From contig JBDTCO010000093.1 in assembly GCA_039923495.1 (NCBI GenBank), positions 4,914 through 28,913 of the forward strand: a stretch of DNA of 24,000 bases, given 5' to 3'. This document shows, piece by piece, positions 9,389 to 20,365 of this stretch. The first letter of the stretch is position 1. Each line of letters opens with the position of its first letter. A model generated the notes under the pieces. The model worked only from the letters and a program-made list of their open reading frames with translations, had not been told where the DNA came from and searched no databases. The DNA comes from Polyangia bacterium (GTDB lineage: Bacteria > Myxococcota_A > Polyangia > Palsa-1104). A program made the position numbers and the translations under genes.

Positions 9389-9700
9389 TCATCGCGCGTC
9401 CTTCTGGGCCAGCTTCGCGATGCGGTACAGCTCGCGAAACCCCGTCGTGACCCCGAACACCACGCCCGCCAGCGATGGCCACGGTGCGTATCCCCAGCGC
9501 TGCTCGACCCAGTGACCGAACAGATACCCGACCACCACCGCCACGCCGAAGAAGATGCCCACGTAGCTGAAGCGCGACGCCGTACGCCACATCGAGCCCG
9601 AGGAGCTCGAGGTCTCTTCCGAGGCACGGTCTCGCGCTCCGGGCGCAAGGAAGGCCTGGTGTGGGATTTCGGTGCGCGGTCTGTCGTCGACATGGAACAT
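9389..9700 (-). CDS. atpZ: AtpZ/ATPase_gene1-family small membrane protein
   Basis: The C-terminal half FSYVGIFFGVAVVVGYLFGHWVEQRWGYAPWPSLAGVVFGVTTGFRELYRI matches the two-helix AtpZ pattern (GyllD.wlgt.Pw...G...yr). Its stop is 3 nt before the atpI start. ATG 9700 (MFHVDD) is preferred over the GTG at 9730, but the start is uncertain. Confidence 0.65.
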   Translation of the reverse strand: MFHVDDRPRTEIPHQAFLAPGARDRASEETSSSSGSMWRTASRFSYVGIFFGVAVVVGYLFGHWVEQRWGYAPWPSLAGVVFGVTTGFRELYRIAKLAQKDAR

Positions 9701-9720
9701 GATGGCCCGTTGGCGCGGGG

Positions 9721-9773
9721 CATGTAACACGCGGGTATGGGCGGGTCAATCGCGCACGCTCTTCGAGAAGAGC
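9721..9773 (-). promoter_or_regulatory. Candidate sigma70-like promoter plus a 16-bp perfect palindrome upstream of the atp operon
   Basis: The minus strand reads GCTCTTCTCGAAGAGC (perfect palindrome, 9758-9773). It is followed by TTGACC (9749-9744), a 17-nt spacer and TACATG (9726-9721). These are motif matches only. The palindrome could instead end the upstream patatin transcript. Confidence 0.3.
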
Positions 9774-9782
9774 CGAGGTAGA

Positions 9783-10595
9783 TCATGCGCGTGATCGCTC
9801 GGAGATCGTCGCCTCGTGGCGGGCTCTGAGCGCAAAGCGCGTGGTCGCGCGCGCCTGCTCGTACGCACGGTGGCCGAGCTCGAGCTTGAACGGCCCGGAG
9901 CGGGGCAGACCCTCGATCACGAGCGCGGTGAGGTTCGGGCGCGCGGGCACGAGCAGCGCCGAGCGCCACGGCGAGCGCGACGCGAGGTGGTGATAGAAGG
10001 TGCGCTCGCCATCGCGCAGCGGCGTGATGCCGGGACGGTCGAGGATACCGCCGTCGAGGTACGGACGGCCGTCGAGCCACACCGGCTGGAAGAGGACCGG
10101 TACGGCGCACGACGCGCGGATCGTGGCGCTCAGCGGTCCGTGCTCGCGAGTGACCGCGCGATGACGGAGCACGTCGTGCACGACGAGGCTCGCAGGGATG
10201 CGCCCGTCCTCGATGCGAGCGTCGCCCACGATGTTGTGGAGCTGCGCCTCGAACTTGCGACCGGCAAGGAGGCCGAGACCGGGTGACGGATCCCAGAAGT
10301 CCTCGCGGCGCACCTCGAGCAGCCTGCGCGCGATGTCCGCCGGCTCGAGGCCCGCTGCGTAGATGCCACCGACCATCGCGCCCGCCGACGAGCCGGTGAC
10401 GCGCCTGGGCCGCAGCCCCGCCTCGACGAGCGCCTCCAGCATCCCGGCGTGCGCGAAGAAGCCGAAGAAGCCGGACGACAGGCTCAACGTGAAGGGTGCG
10501 TCCGAAAGCCAGTCCGCGAGCGAGGGCACGTGCGGTATGTTGCCCACCGTCGCGTCGATGTCTACCTCGCTGCTCTCGCGTCTCCTGTTTTTCAT
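9783..10595 (-). CDS. Patatin-like phospholipase
   Basis: G-x-S-x-G nucleophile elbow (GSSAGAMVG), catalytic Asp in DGG (YLDGGILD), and an N-terminal Gly-rich oxyanion region (SSGFFGFFAHAG). An alternative in-frame GTG start lies at 10547. Confidence 0.85.
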   Translation of the reverse strand: MKNRRRESSEVDIDATVGNIPHVPSLADWLSDAPFTLSLSSGFFGFFAHAGMLEALVEAGLRPRRVTGSSAGAMVGGIYAAGLEPADIARRLLEVRREDFWDPSPGLGLLAGRKFEAQLHNIVGDARIEDGRIPASLVVHDVLRHRAVTREHGPLSATIRASCAVPVLFQPVWLDGRPYLDGGILDRPGITPLRDGERTFYHHLASRSPWRSALLVPARPNLTALVIEGLPRSGPFKLELGHRAYEQARATTRFALRARHEATISERSRA

Positions 10596-11559
10596 GCCCG
10601 CCGAGCGCGCGCATCACGTCGGCTCGTGGCTGCTGCGCGCGCTGTTCGCGCTGCCGCTGATCGGGTGGGCGTTGCGAACCATGCTGCGCCCGCGCGGCGC
10701 TGTGCGGGTGATGGGGCTCGAGTTCCCGGGACCGCTCGGCGTCGCCGCGGGCTTCGACAAGGACGCGCGGATGTACGACGCGCTGCTCGGGCTCGGCTTC
10801 TCGTTCGTCGAGGTGGGCACGCTCACGCCGCGTCCGCAGCCGGGCAATCCCCAGCCGCGCATGTTTCGCCTGCCCGCCGATCGTGCGCTCCTAAACCGCC
10901 TCGGCTTCAACAACGGCGGCGTCGAGGCCGCGTTGCCGCGCCTGCGCCGAAGGCGTCGCGGGATCGTCGGCGTGAACATCGGCAAGAACAAGGACACGCC
11001 CGATGCCGATGCCGCGACGGACTACGCGGCGTGTGCGCGCGCGGTCGCGCCGTATGCGGATTACGTCGTCGTGAACGTCAGCTCGCCGAACACGCCAGGC
11101 CTGCGCGCGCTGCAGACGACCGAGGCCCTGAGGCCGATCCTGATCGCCACGCGTGCGGCGCTCGACTCGACCGCGCCCGCGCGAGCCGTGCCACTGCTCT
11201 GCAAGATCGCGCCGGATCTCTCGAACGACGAGCTCGACGCGATCGTCGAGCTCGCGCTCGAGCTGGGGCTCACCGGCCTCGTCGCCACCAACACGACGAT
11301 CTCGCGCGAAGGTCTCTCGAGCGACGTGTCCGCGCTCGGTGCGGGTGGCGTCTCGGGCGCACCGTTGAAGTCGCGGGCGCTCGACGTGCTCAAGCGGTTG
11401 CGAGCACGCGCGCCTGGCCTCGTGCTCGTCAGCGTCGGAGGGATCGAGTCGCGGGACGACGTGCGCGAGCGCCTCCAGGCCGGCGCCGATCTGCTCGAGG
11501 CATACACCGGCTTCGTGTACGGCGGGCCGCTGTACGCCTGGACTCTGCAGCGGAGGTAG
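10558..11559 (+). CDS. pyrD: Dihydroorotate dehydrogenase (quinone), class 2
   Basis: LLFFMPAERAH aligns with E. coli ALFQLDPERAH, which places the start at ATG 10558 (track start 10363). Further motifs: GLAAGFDKD-like (GVAAGFDKD), VEVGTLTPRPQPGN, LGFNN, NVSSPNTPGLR (catalytic Ser), KIAPDL, ATNTT and GGVSG. Confidence 0.93.
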   Translation: MSTSLLSRLLFFMPAERAHHVGSWLLRALFALPLIGWALRTMLRPRGAVRVMGLEFPGPLGVAAGFDKDARMYDALLGLGFSFVEVGTLTPRPQPGNPQPRMFRLPADRALLNRLGFNNGGVEAALPRLRRRRRGIVGVNIGKNKDTPDADAATDYAACARAVAPYADYVVVNVSSPNTPGLRALQTTEALRPILIATRAALDSTAPARAVPLLCKIAPDLSNDELDAIVELALELGLTGLVATNTTISREGLSSDVSALGAGGVSGAPLKSRALDVLKRLRARAPGLVLVSVGGIESRDDVRERLQAGADLLEAYTGFVYGGPLYAWTLQRR

Positions 11560-11600
11560 CTCCGCCCAGGCGACCGTGATCGACGACCTCGTGCTGGAAC

Positions 11601-12134
11601 CTAGTTCTCTTCCTTGCTGGCGGCCATGGGCCTGCCGGCCACGCGATCCGTCATCGGACGTACGGCGGCGCGGCGGTTCTTCGACCAGCAGCCCTCGTCG
11701 TGCGCGCCACAGACGGGGTTCTCCTCGCCGTAGCTGACGGTCTTCAGCTGGTTCTCCTCGGCGCCGAGGCTCTTGAGGTACTTCTCCACGCTGTGCGCGC
11801 GCTCTTCGCCGAGCGCGAGGTTGTACTCCTCGGTGCCACGCTCGTCGGCGTTGCCCTCGACGCGGACCTTGAGCTCGCGATCGTCGTTCATGCACTTCGC
11901 CGACGCGACGAGGCCAGGTCGATCAGTGTCGGGGATGAGCGTGGAGTCGTAGTCGAAGTGCACGCGAACGCCGCAGACGGGTAGCTTGTCCTCGAGACCC
12001 TTCTGCGAGTCGGCGCTCACCATCTCGTCGAGGCCGGTGCGCTTGGCGGTTTGCTTGTGGACGCAACCGGACGCGAGCGTGGCGGCGAGCAGCACGGCGA
12101 CGGGGCCGAGCGCGTTACGGACGAACAGGTACAT
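11601..12134 (-). CDS. pal: Peptidoglycan-associated lipoprotein (Pal/OmpA-family)
   Basis: Signal sequence plus lipobox-like LASGC. OmpA-like C-terminal domain: VHFDYDSTLI, VEGNADERGTEEYNLALGEERA, YGEENP. SD GAGAGGAG lies before ATG 12134. Confidence 0.85.
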   Translation of the reverse strand: MYLFVRNALGPVAVLLAATLASGCVHKQTAKRTGLDEMVSADSQKGLEDKLPVCGVRVHFDYDSTLIPDTDRPGLVASAKCMNDDRELKVRVEGNADERGTEEYNLALGEERAHSVEKYLKSLGAEENQLKTVSYGEENPVCGAHDEGCWSKNRRAAVRPMTDRVAGRPMAASKEEN

Positions 12135-12234
12135 GGTGGAGCTCCTCTCGGGGCAGGACCGATGCGCGACTCACGTGAGCCGCAGGAGGAGCGTTACGTT
12201 TGTATGTGCGTGTGCGCCAATTTTTGACGGAGAT

Positions 12235-13518
12235 TTATAGCGTCTTCATCGCCTCGCGCGCTGCGGTGAGCGTGCGATCGAGCGTGCTCTCGTCGTGCAT
12301 CGTGGAGAGGAACGCGGCCTCGAACTGCGACGGGGCGAGGTACACACCGCGGTCGAGCATCGCGTGAAAAAACATCGCGTAGCGCTTCGTGTCGGAGGTC
12401 TTCGCCGATGCGTAGTCCGTGACGACGTGATCGGTGAAGAACGAGGTGAACATCGAGCCGACCCGGTTGATCGTCGAGGGGATGCCCGCCTCTCTGGCGA
12501 TGGACGCGAGGCCGTCGTGCAGGCGCGCCGCGCTCTTCTCGAGAGACTCGTAGACGCCGGGGCGCGCGACGAGCTCGAGCATCTTGAGGCCGGCAGCGAC
12601 GGCGAGCGGGTTGCCCGACAGCGTGCCCGCCTGGTACACGGGACCGTCCGGCGCGATGAAGTCCATCACGTCGCGACGACCGCCGTAGGCCGCCGCGGGT
12701 AGCCCACCGCCGACGATCTTGCCGAGCGCGGTGAGGTCGGGCGTGATGCCGTAGAGCGCCTGCGCGCCCCCGTGCGCGACGCGAAAGCCGGTCATCACCT
12801 CGTCGAAGATGAGGAGCGCGCCGTGCTCGGTGCAGAGGCGCCGCGCGGCCTCGAGGTAGCCGGGCTTCGGCGGGACGCAGCCGATGTTGCCGCACACGGG
12901 CTCGACGATGAAGGCCGCGATCTCCCCGCGGTTGGCCGCGAACAGCGCGCCGAGCGCGTCGCTGTCGTTGTACGCGACGGTGAGCGTGTCGGCCGCCGTG
13001 CCCGCCGTGACGCCCGCCGATCCGGGAATACCGAGCGTGGCCGCGCCGCTGCCGGCCGCGACGAGGAAGCTGTCGCCGTGACCATGGTAGCCGCCGTCGA
13101 TCTTCACGAGCTTGTTGCGCTTGGTGAAGCCGCGCGCGAGACGTGCGGCCGACATCGTGGCCTCGGTGCCCGACGAGACGAGGCGCACCTTGTCCATCGA
13201 TGGCACCGCCGAGCACAGCGCCTCCGCGAAGAGGACCTCCCGCTCCGTCGGTGCGCCGAAGCTCGTGCCGGCCTCGAGCGCGGTGCGTACCGCGTCCGCG
13301 ATCTCCGCGTGTGCGTGGCCGAGCAGCATCGGGCCCCACGAACCGACGTAGTCGATGTACTCGTTGCCATCGACGTCCCACAGCTGCGCGCCCTTCGCCT
13401 TCGCGAAGAACACGGGGTCGCCACCGACACCACGGAACGCGCGCACGGGCGAGTTGACGCCGCCGGGAATGCGCAATTTTGCCTCGGCAAAGAGGGCCTT
13501 CGATCGCTCACGTTTCAT
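12235..13518 (-). CDS. hemL: Glutamate-1-semialdehyde 2,1-aminomutase
   Basis: SKALFAEAKLRIPGGVNSPVRAF, class-III aminotransferase core, PLP lysine in LGKIVGGGLP, and EVMTGFR. The start is taken at MKRERSK (13518); an upstream ATG at 13536 is possible. Confidence 0.95.
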   Translation of the reverse strand: MKRERSKALFAEAKLRIPGGVNSPVRAFRGVGGDPVFFAKAKGAQLWDVDGNEYIDYVGSWGPMLLGHAHAEIADAVRTALEAGTSFGAPTEREVLFAEALCSAVPSMDKVRLVSSGTEATMSAARLARGFTKRNKLVKIDGGYHGHGDSFLVAAGSGAATLGIPGSAGVTAGTAADTLTVAYNDSDALGALFAANRGEIAAFIVEPVCGNIGCVPPKPGYLEAARRLCTEHGALLIFDEVMTGFRVAHGGAQALYGITPDLTALGKIVGGGLPAAAYGGRRDVMDFIAPDGPVYQAGTLSGNPLAVAAGLKMLELVARPGVYESLEKSAARLHDGLASIAREAGIPSTINRVGSMFTSFFTDHVVTDYASAKTSDTKRYAMFFHAMLDRGVYLAPSQFEAAFLSTMHDESTLDRTLTAAREAMKTL

Positions 13519-13615
13519 GGTGCGGAAACGTATCACGCGTATATGATGCGAGGCCCGGACGTCTATCGAGCGTACGTCGGGACTGCTACATCAACCGCGC
13601 TCGGAGGAGACTTGC

Positions 13616-13828
13616 ATGAAGAGTTGGATCGGTCTTGGCGTGCTCGCCGCAACGGCGATCACGTTCAGTGGCTGCACGTACACGGCGATCACGCCGTCCG
13701 TGCAGGGCAAGGCGTACGTCGTGCGCAATGCAATGCTTTCGTCGGACTTCTGGAACTGCGACGCCACCTCGGGTGAGCCCGTCTGCTACCAGACCAAGAA
13801 GAAGTACCTTCCCCCGGCGTCGAAGTGA
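13616..13828 (+). CDS. Small lipoprotein (70 aa), paralog of the next gene
   Basis: GGAGGAG SD before ATG 13616. MKSWIGLGVLAATAITFSGC is a signal sequence with a lipobox-like Cys. The mature part carries an FWNC...PVC motif. Confidence 0.65.
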   Translation: MKSWIGLGVLAATAITFSGCTYTAITPSVQGKAYVVRNAMLSSDFWNCDATSGEPVCYQTKKKYLPPASK

Positions 13829-13839
13829 GGAGCGCGACC

Positions 13840-14112
13840 ATGAAGACCATTCGCACGCTCGTTCTCGCCGCTTCCGCCATGGGCCTCGCCGGTGCCACCG
13901 GCTGCGCTTCCGTCTCGTCGGCACTTCCGACGTCGAGCGTGGTCAACGGCGATGCCTGGTACACCGAGGCCATCGGTCTGGGCTACCTCACGTGGGGCAG
14001 CAAGGTCTGGTATTGCCCGGCCGCCACGTCCGCGGGTCCCACCACCTGCACCGAGGCCAAGCTCGTCGAGCTGACCAAGGCCGAGATCGAAGCCGAGAAG
14101 CCCAAGAAGTAG
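13840..14112 (+). CDS. Small lipoprotein (90 aa), paralog of the previous gene
   Basis: GTGAGGAG SD before ATG 13840 (track start 13825). MKTIRTLVLAASAMGLAGATGC is a signal sequence with a lipobox. The mature part carries a VWYC...TTC motif and a Lys/Glu-rich tail. Confidence 0.65.
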   Translation: MKTIRTLVLAASAMGLAGATGCASVSSALPTSSVVNGDAWYTEAIGLGYLTWGSKVWYCPAATSAGPTTCTEAKLVELTKAEIEAEKPKK

Positions 14113-14135
14113 CTTCTCCGTCTCACAGTGCCAGG

Positions 14136-14172
14136 GAGCCCGGTCGTCTCTAGACGGCCGGGCTCTTTTTTT
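14136..14172 (+). terminator. Rho-independent terminator after the lipoprotein pair
   Basis: GAGCCCGGTCGTC-TCTA-GACGGCCGGGCTC (13-bp stem with one G-U pair) followed by TTTTTTT. Confidence 0.75.
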
Positions 14173-14173
14173 G

Positions 14174-14610
14174 CTACGCACGCGCGCGGACGAGCTTGCC
14201 GACCGTCCTGCCGAAGTGCAGCAGGATCGCGCAGGCGACGAAGACCGCGCCGCTCACCCACAGCCTGCGCTGCTCGTGCTGCCAGGTGATGGCGCACTCG
14301 ATCGCGATGGGTACGATGCCGACGACGAGCGCGAACGCCAGGCGCGCTTCCCACGGCGTGACGCCCGCGTCGACGCGCCGTGCGCGCTGCCCCAGCATCG
14401 ACAGCACCGCGATCTCGACCACGAAGAGCGCGAGCGTGATGCCCATCCACCCGAGCCCGCCGCCGCCGATCCTCGCGGTGATGAACGCGGCGTACATGGG
14501 CGTCGTGAGGACGACGAGGAGCGCCACCGCGAGACCGAGGCGGATGGCCTCCATCTTCTCGCGCACGACCAACGCGCGCGACTCTCGCTCGGTGGCGACC
14601 TGGTGGTCCA

Positions 14611-14611
<1 letters not shown>
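14174..14611 (-). CDS. Hypothetical integral membrane protein (about 4 TM segments), translationally coupled to gyrA
   Basis: Its ATG overlaps the gyrA TAA (TAATG on the minus strand at 14609-14613). G/C-rich third positions. Four hydrophobic segments. No family recognised. Confidence 0.6.
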
Positions 14612-17346
<2,735 letters not shown>

Positions 17347-17523
17347 GGGCGGCTTTTTAACACGTCCCGGACGCGTTCCGGGCGACGACAAGACGAGCCA
17401 CCACGGCAACCGCAGGCGCCGCGGACGATTGTGGGCAAACGCCCGGCATCACTCGGCGCGCGTCATGGCGCGAGGGTTGCTGTGAGAGGAGACATCCACT
17501 TCCTTTCCCTTCGGAGACCGCCC

Positions 17524-17874
17524 ATGAACAAGCTCCTTGCCGCGCTCGTCGCCCTCCCGCTCTTCGCCGGCGCAGCTCTCGCCGCCACGCCGAAGATGCC
17601 CGTCGCGGTGCGCGCCGACCTGAAGCAGGCGCTCAAGAGCGCGCCGTTCTACACGGGCGCCGTGCGGCCCTCGTTCAAGGGCTCGGTCGTGAAGTCGGGC
17701 AACTCGTACCTCGCGACGGTCACGCTCCGCGGCATGGGCCACATGGGTCCGATCTACGTCACGCCGCAGCCGGCCACGCGCATCGGCCTCGGCATCTCGA
17801 CGGTGAAGTTCAACGCCGCGACCGGCAAGGAGAAGGGCAAGATCACGACGGGAATGCTCTACCGCGCGCTGTAA
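17524..17874 (+). CDS. Small secreted hypothetical protein (116 aa)
   Basis: ATG 17524 with GGAG upstream. Signal peptide MNKLLAALVALPLFAGAALAA. It forms the coding tail of the otherwise spurious 880-aa track ORF antisense to gyrA. Its own terminator follows. Confidence 0.6.
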   Translation: MNKLLAALVALPLFAGAALAATPKMPVAVRADLKQALKSAPFYTGAVRPSFKGSVVKSGNSYLATVTLRGMGHMGPIYVTPQPATRIGLGISTVKFNAATGKEKGKITTGMLYRAL

Positions 17875-17901
17875 ACAGCCTTCTCGTTCGCTTCGACTCC
17901 A

Positions 17902-17935
17902 ACGGCGTCCTCTCACGAGGGCGCCGTTTTTATTT
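17902..17935 (+). terminator. Rho-independent terminator
   Basis: ACGGCGTCCTC-TCAC-GAGGGCGCCGT (one mismatch) followed by TTTTTATTT. Confidence 0.6.
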
Positions 17936-17983
17936 CGGCAGCAGGCGAGAAGCCGAATAGCCGACGAGACACCGATGTTTCTC

Positions 17984-18023
17984 AAAACAAAAACGCCGGC
18001 CCGATCCGAAGATCGACCCGGCG
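17984..18023 (-). terminator. Rho-independent terminator for the minus-strand gene 18047..18688
   Basis: The minus strand reads CGCCGGGTCGATC-TTCG-GATCGGGCCGGCG (stem with a 2x2 internal loop) followed by TTTTTGTTTTGAG. Confidence 0.55.
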
Positions 18024-18046
18024 TGCTGTGCTGAGGAGCGAGGTGC

Positions 18047-18688
18047 TTACTTGATGAGCTTCTGCATCTCCGGGTAGTAGCTCATGTACTCCTTCGTGCC
18101 CTTGAGGCCGGCCTTCACGAGCGGGCGGTCCTGCTTTGCGGAGAGCGAGACGGCCTTGTTGTAGTAACGCGCGGCCTCGACGTAGAGCTTGCCCTGCTTC
18201 TCGGGGGTGACGTGCATCGAGGCGTAGTCGGCAAGGGCCTGCGCGGCGCCGAGCTGCACGGCGGCGTCGGTCTTGAGCGCCTTCGCGCCGAAGCGGACGC
18301 TGGCGAGCGCCGCCTTGTCGTCGCTGCGCATGAGGCGCGCGTAGCCGCTCACGAAGCGATCGGCGGGCTTGCCGCTCTTCGCCATCGCCGCCATCGAGCG
18401 CACGAAGCCGCCGCGAACCTTGCCGAAGTCCATCGTCGCCGAGTCGACGACACGGATCGTGTCGAGACGGACCGCGACGTTGGTCGTCCTGCGCATCGCG
18501 GCCTCGCCGCGGCGAGAGATCGCGAGCGCCTCGCCGTGCGAGAAGTCCTTGCCCGTGTACGGCGCGGGGCCGACGCGCAGCGCACGCTTCGAGCCGTTCT
18601 GCGTCTCCGTCTTGAACGAGTCGGCGTGAGCGAGCGCGCCGGTGAAGCAGAGGGACAGCGAGAGAGCGGCAGTGAGCGAGCGCAACAT
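18047..18688 (-). CDS. Secreted helical hypothetical protein (213 aa)
   Basis: GGAG SD before the ATG of MLRSLTAALSLSLCFTGALAHA (signal peptide); the track ORF starts 19 codons upstream at a GTG. Coding-like codon bias. No family recognised. Confidence 0.62.
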   Translation of the reverse strand: MLRSLTAALSLSLCFTGALAHADSFKTETQNGSKRALRVGPAPYTGKDFSHGEALAISRRGEAAMRRTTNVAVRLDTIRVVDSATMDFGKVRGGFVRSMAAMAKSGKPADRFVSGYARLMRSDDKAALASVRFGAKALKTDAAVQLGAAQALADYASMHVTPEKQGKLYVEAARYYNKAVSLSAKQDRPLVKAGLKGTKEYMSYYPEMQKLIK

Positions 18689-18874
18689 GGGATCTCCTGA
18701 GGGGTTGTTCGTGGGTGTCCTCGCCTTGAGCAAGCCATGTGCCACGACCCAAGCGATCGATCAATTTCCCTCGCGCACCGTCGGTGACACGAGCTCTGCA
18801 CTCGGGCTCGAGGATTCCCGGCGACCCCGGCGACCCGCCTCGCCATCTGGCTGGCGGCGCCGCTGCCCGGCCGA

Positions 18875-20302
18875 TCAGGGATCGTGCGGCAGACTCCCGC
18901 GCGGCGAGCGCAGGTACACGAACGGCGTCGCAGCGAGGAAGTTGGAGACGCGCGACGTGTAGATGTCGGCGTAGCGCTCGATCTGCCGCGCCAGGTTCGA
19001 CTTGTCGTTGCCCGCGCGCGTGAGGAGGCCCCACGTCGCGTTCGACAGCTCCGCCGCCGCCTTCGCGAGCGGCGCCAGCTCGTGGTCCATCGCGGCGAGC
19101 AGCTTGCGGAGCTCATCGGCGCGCTGCTCGAGCTGCTGGGTGCTCTGCTCGCTCGCGGGGCCGTAGCTGTGCCGACGACGCTGCAACGCGAGCCGCACCT
19201 GATCGGCCTCGGCCTCGAGCCGCTCCTTCTCCTTCATCTTCACGGCGAGCTCCTGCTCGGCCGCACGCGCGCCCTCGATCACGGCGACCTCGTTCTCGAG
19301 CTCTCGCAGGATGAGCGCGGTGCGCCAGCGCAGCACGCGCTTGGTCACGTGCACGTCGCCGAAGAGGTGGTCGCCGACGTAGAGGATCTCGTCGCCCGAC
19401 AGGCCGAGCGCCTTCTCGAGGCGCGGCGCCGAGCCACCGAGGTACGCGCCGCCCACTTGCAGCTGCCCGACGAGTGGCCGGAGGAGGCCGTCGTCCGTCA
19501 CCACCTCGAAGAACGGGGCGTTGTGCGTGAAGAAGCTCGGCTTGCCCGCGCCGACGATGACGTAGTCGAAGAGCTCGCGGAACGTCATGCCGTCGGGGAG
19601 GTAGGCGTCGAACGCATACTTCATCATCGCGTTCGTGTAATCCCACTCCGAGTTCGTGATGAGCAGGAGCTTCTTGCCCGCGTGCTTCTGATCGAGCAGC
19701 GCGAGCGGCGTCTCCGGATCGAGCGCGACGAAGCGCGTGGGATCCGCGACCACCTCGGCCTTGAGCTGCCCCTCGAGGTGCGTGCGATCGAGCTTGTCCT
19801 TCACCTTGCCGTAGAGCTCGGTGTAGCCCATCGGGCCGGGGAGCTTGCCCTGGTCGAGCAGGTCGACGAGCTGCGAGTACGCCGAGCCCTCCGACAGCGA
19901 GAAGAGCGTGTTGAGGAACATCCAGCGCGGCTCGGCGAGATCGACGATGGTGCGCTGGTACGTGTGGCGCAGCTCGTCGAACGACAGGAGCTTCGAGCCG
20001 TGCGCCGCGCGCTTGACGAAGCCGAAGCGGTTCGCCTTGACCACGTTGCCGAGCTCGATGTCGAGGATGAGCCCGCGGTTTATCGCGTGCGCATCGAACA
20101 CGAGCCCCTCGACGGGCCAGCCGTCCTGCGCGAAGCGTGCGCGCACGTGCTCGAACGCCCGCCGCTCCCACGCTTCCTCGTGATAGTGCACGAGCGTGTA
20201 GTCCATGTCGTAGCCGATCGCCTTGATGGCCCGCAGGTTGAGCGTCCGGTTGCAGTAGACGCCGCGGACCCCTTGCGACGACGGAGATGAGTCGGAGAAC
20301 AT
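18875..20302 (-). CDS. HAD-IG family 5'-nucleotidase (cytosolic purine 5'-nucleotidase cN-II-like)
   Basis: VYCNRTLNLRAIKAIGYDMDYTLVHY (HAD motif I DxDxT in the cN-II context), LLLITNS, KPSFF and YVGDHLFGDV (cN-II-type motif IV). The start is taken at MFSDSS (20302). Confidence 0.88.
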   Translation of the reverse strand: MFSDSSPSSQGVRGVYCNRTLNLRAIKAIGYDMDYTLVHYHEEAWERRAFEHVRARFAQDGWPVEGLVFDAHAINRGLILDIELGNVVKANRFGFVKRAAHGSKLLSFDELRHTYQRTIVDLAEPRWMFLNTLFSLSEGSAYSQLVDLLDQGKLPGPMGYTELYGKVKDKLDRTHLEGQLKAEVVADPTRFVALDPETPLALLDQKHAGKKLLLITNSEWDYTNAMMKYAFDAYLPDGMTFRELFDYVIVGAGKPSFFTHNAPFFEVVTDDGLLRPLVGQLQVGGAYLGGSAPRLEKALGLSGDEILYVGDHLFGDVHVTKRVLRWRTALILRELENEVAVIEGARAAEQELAVKMKEKERLEAEADQVRLALQRRRHSYGPASEQSTQQLEQRADELRKLLAAMDHELAPLAKAAAELSNATWGLLTRAGNDKSNLARQIERYADIYTSRVSNFLAATPFVYLRSPRGSLPHDP

Positions 20303-20365
20303 GGCCGTCGTTTTACGCGCGGCGAGCGTGATCGGAAAGGGCCGTTCCGGTAGGCTGCGCGCCCC

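Noticed and set aside
7709-9700. The atp cluster as a Na+-translocating N-ATPase operon (atpDCQRBEFAG type)
   Set aside because: The gene order does not fit. No atpD or atpC precedes it (a patatin gene does), and no atpF, atpA or atpG follows (a terminator and trxB do). It looks like the F0 half of a split canonical F-type enzyme.
12170-12179. A perfect 10-bp palindrome (CTCACGTGAG) 36 nt upstream of the pal start, considered as an operator
   Set aside because: Perfect 10-bp palindromes are expected roughly twenty times by chance in 24 kb, and there is no second copy or supporting context.
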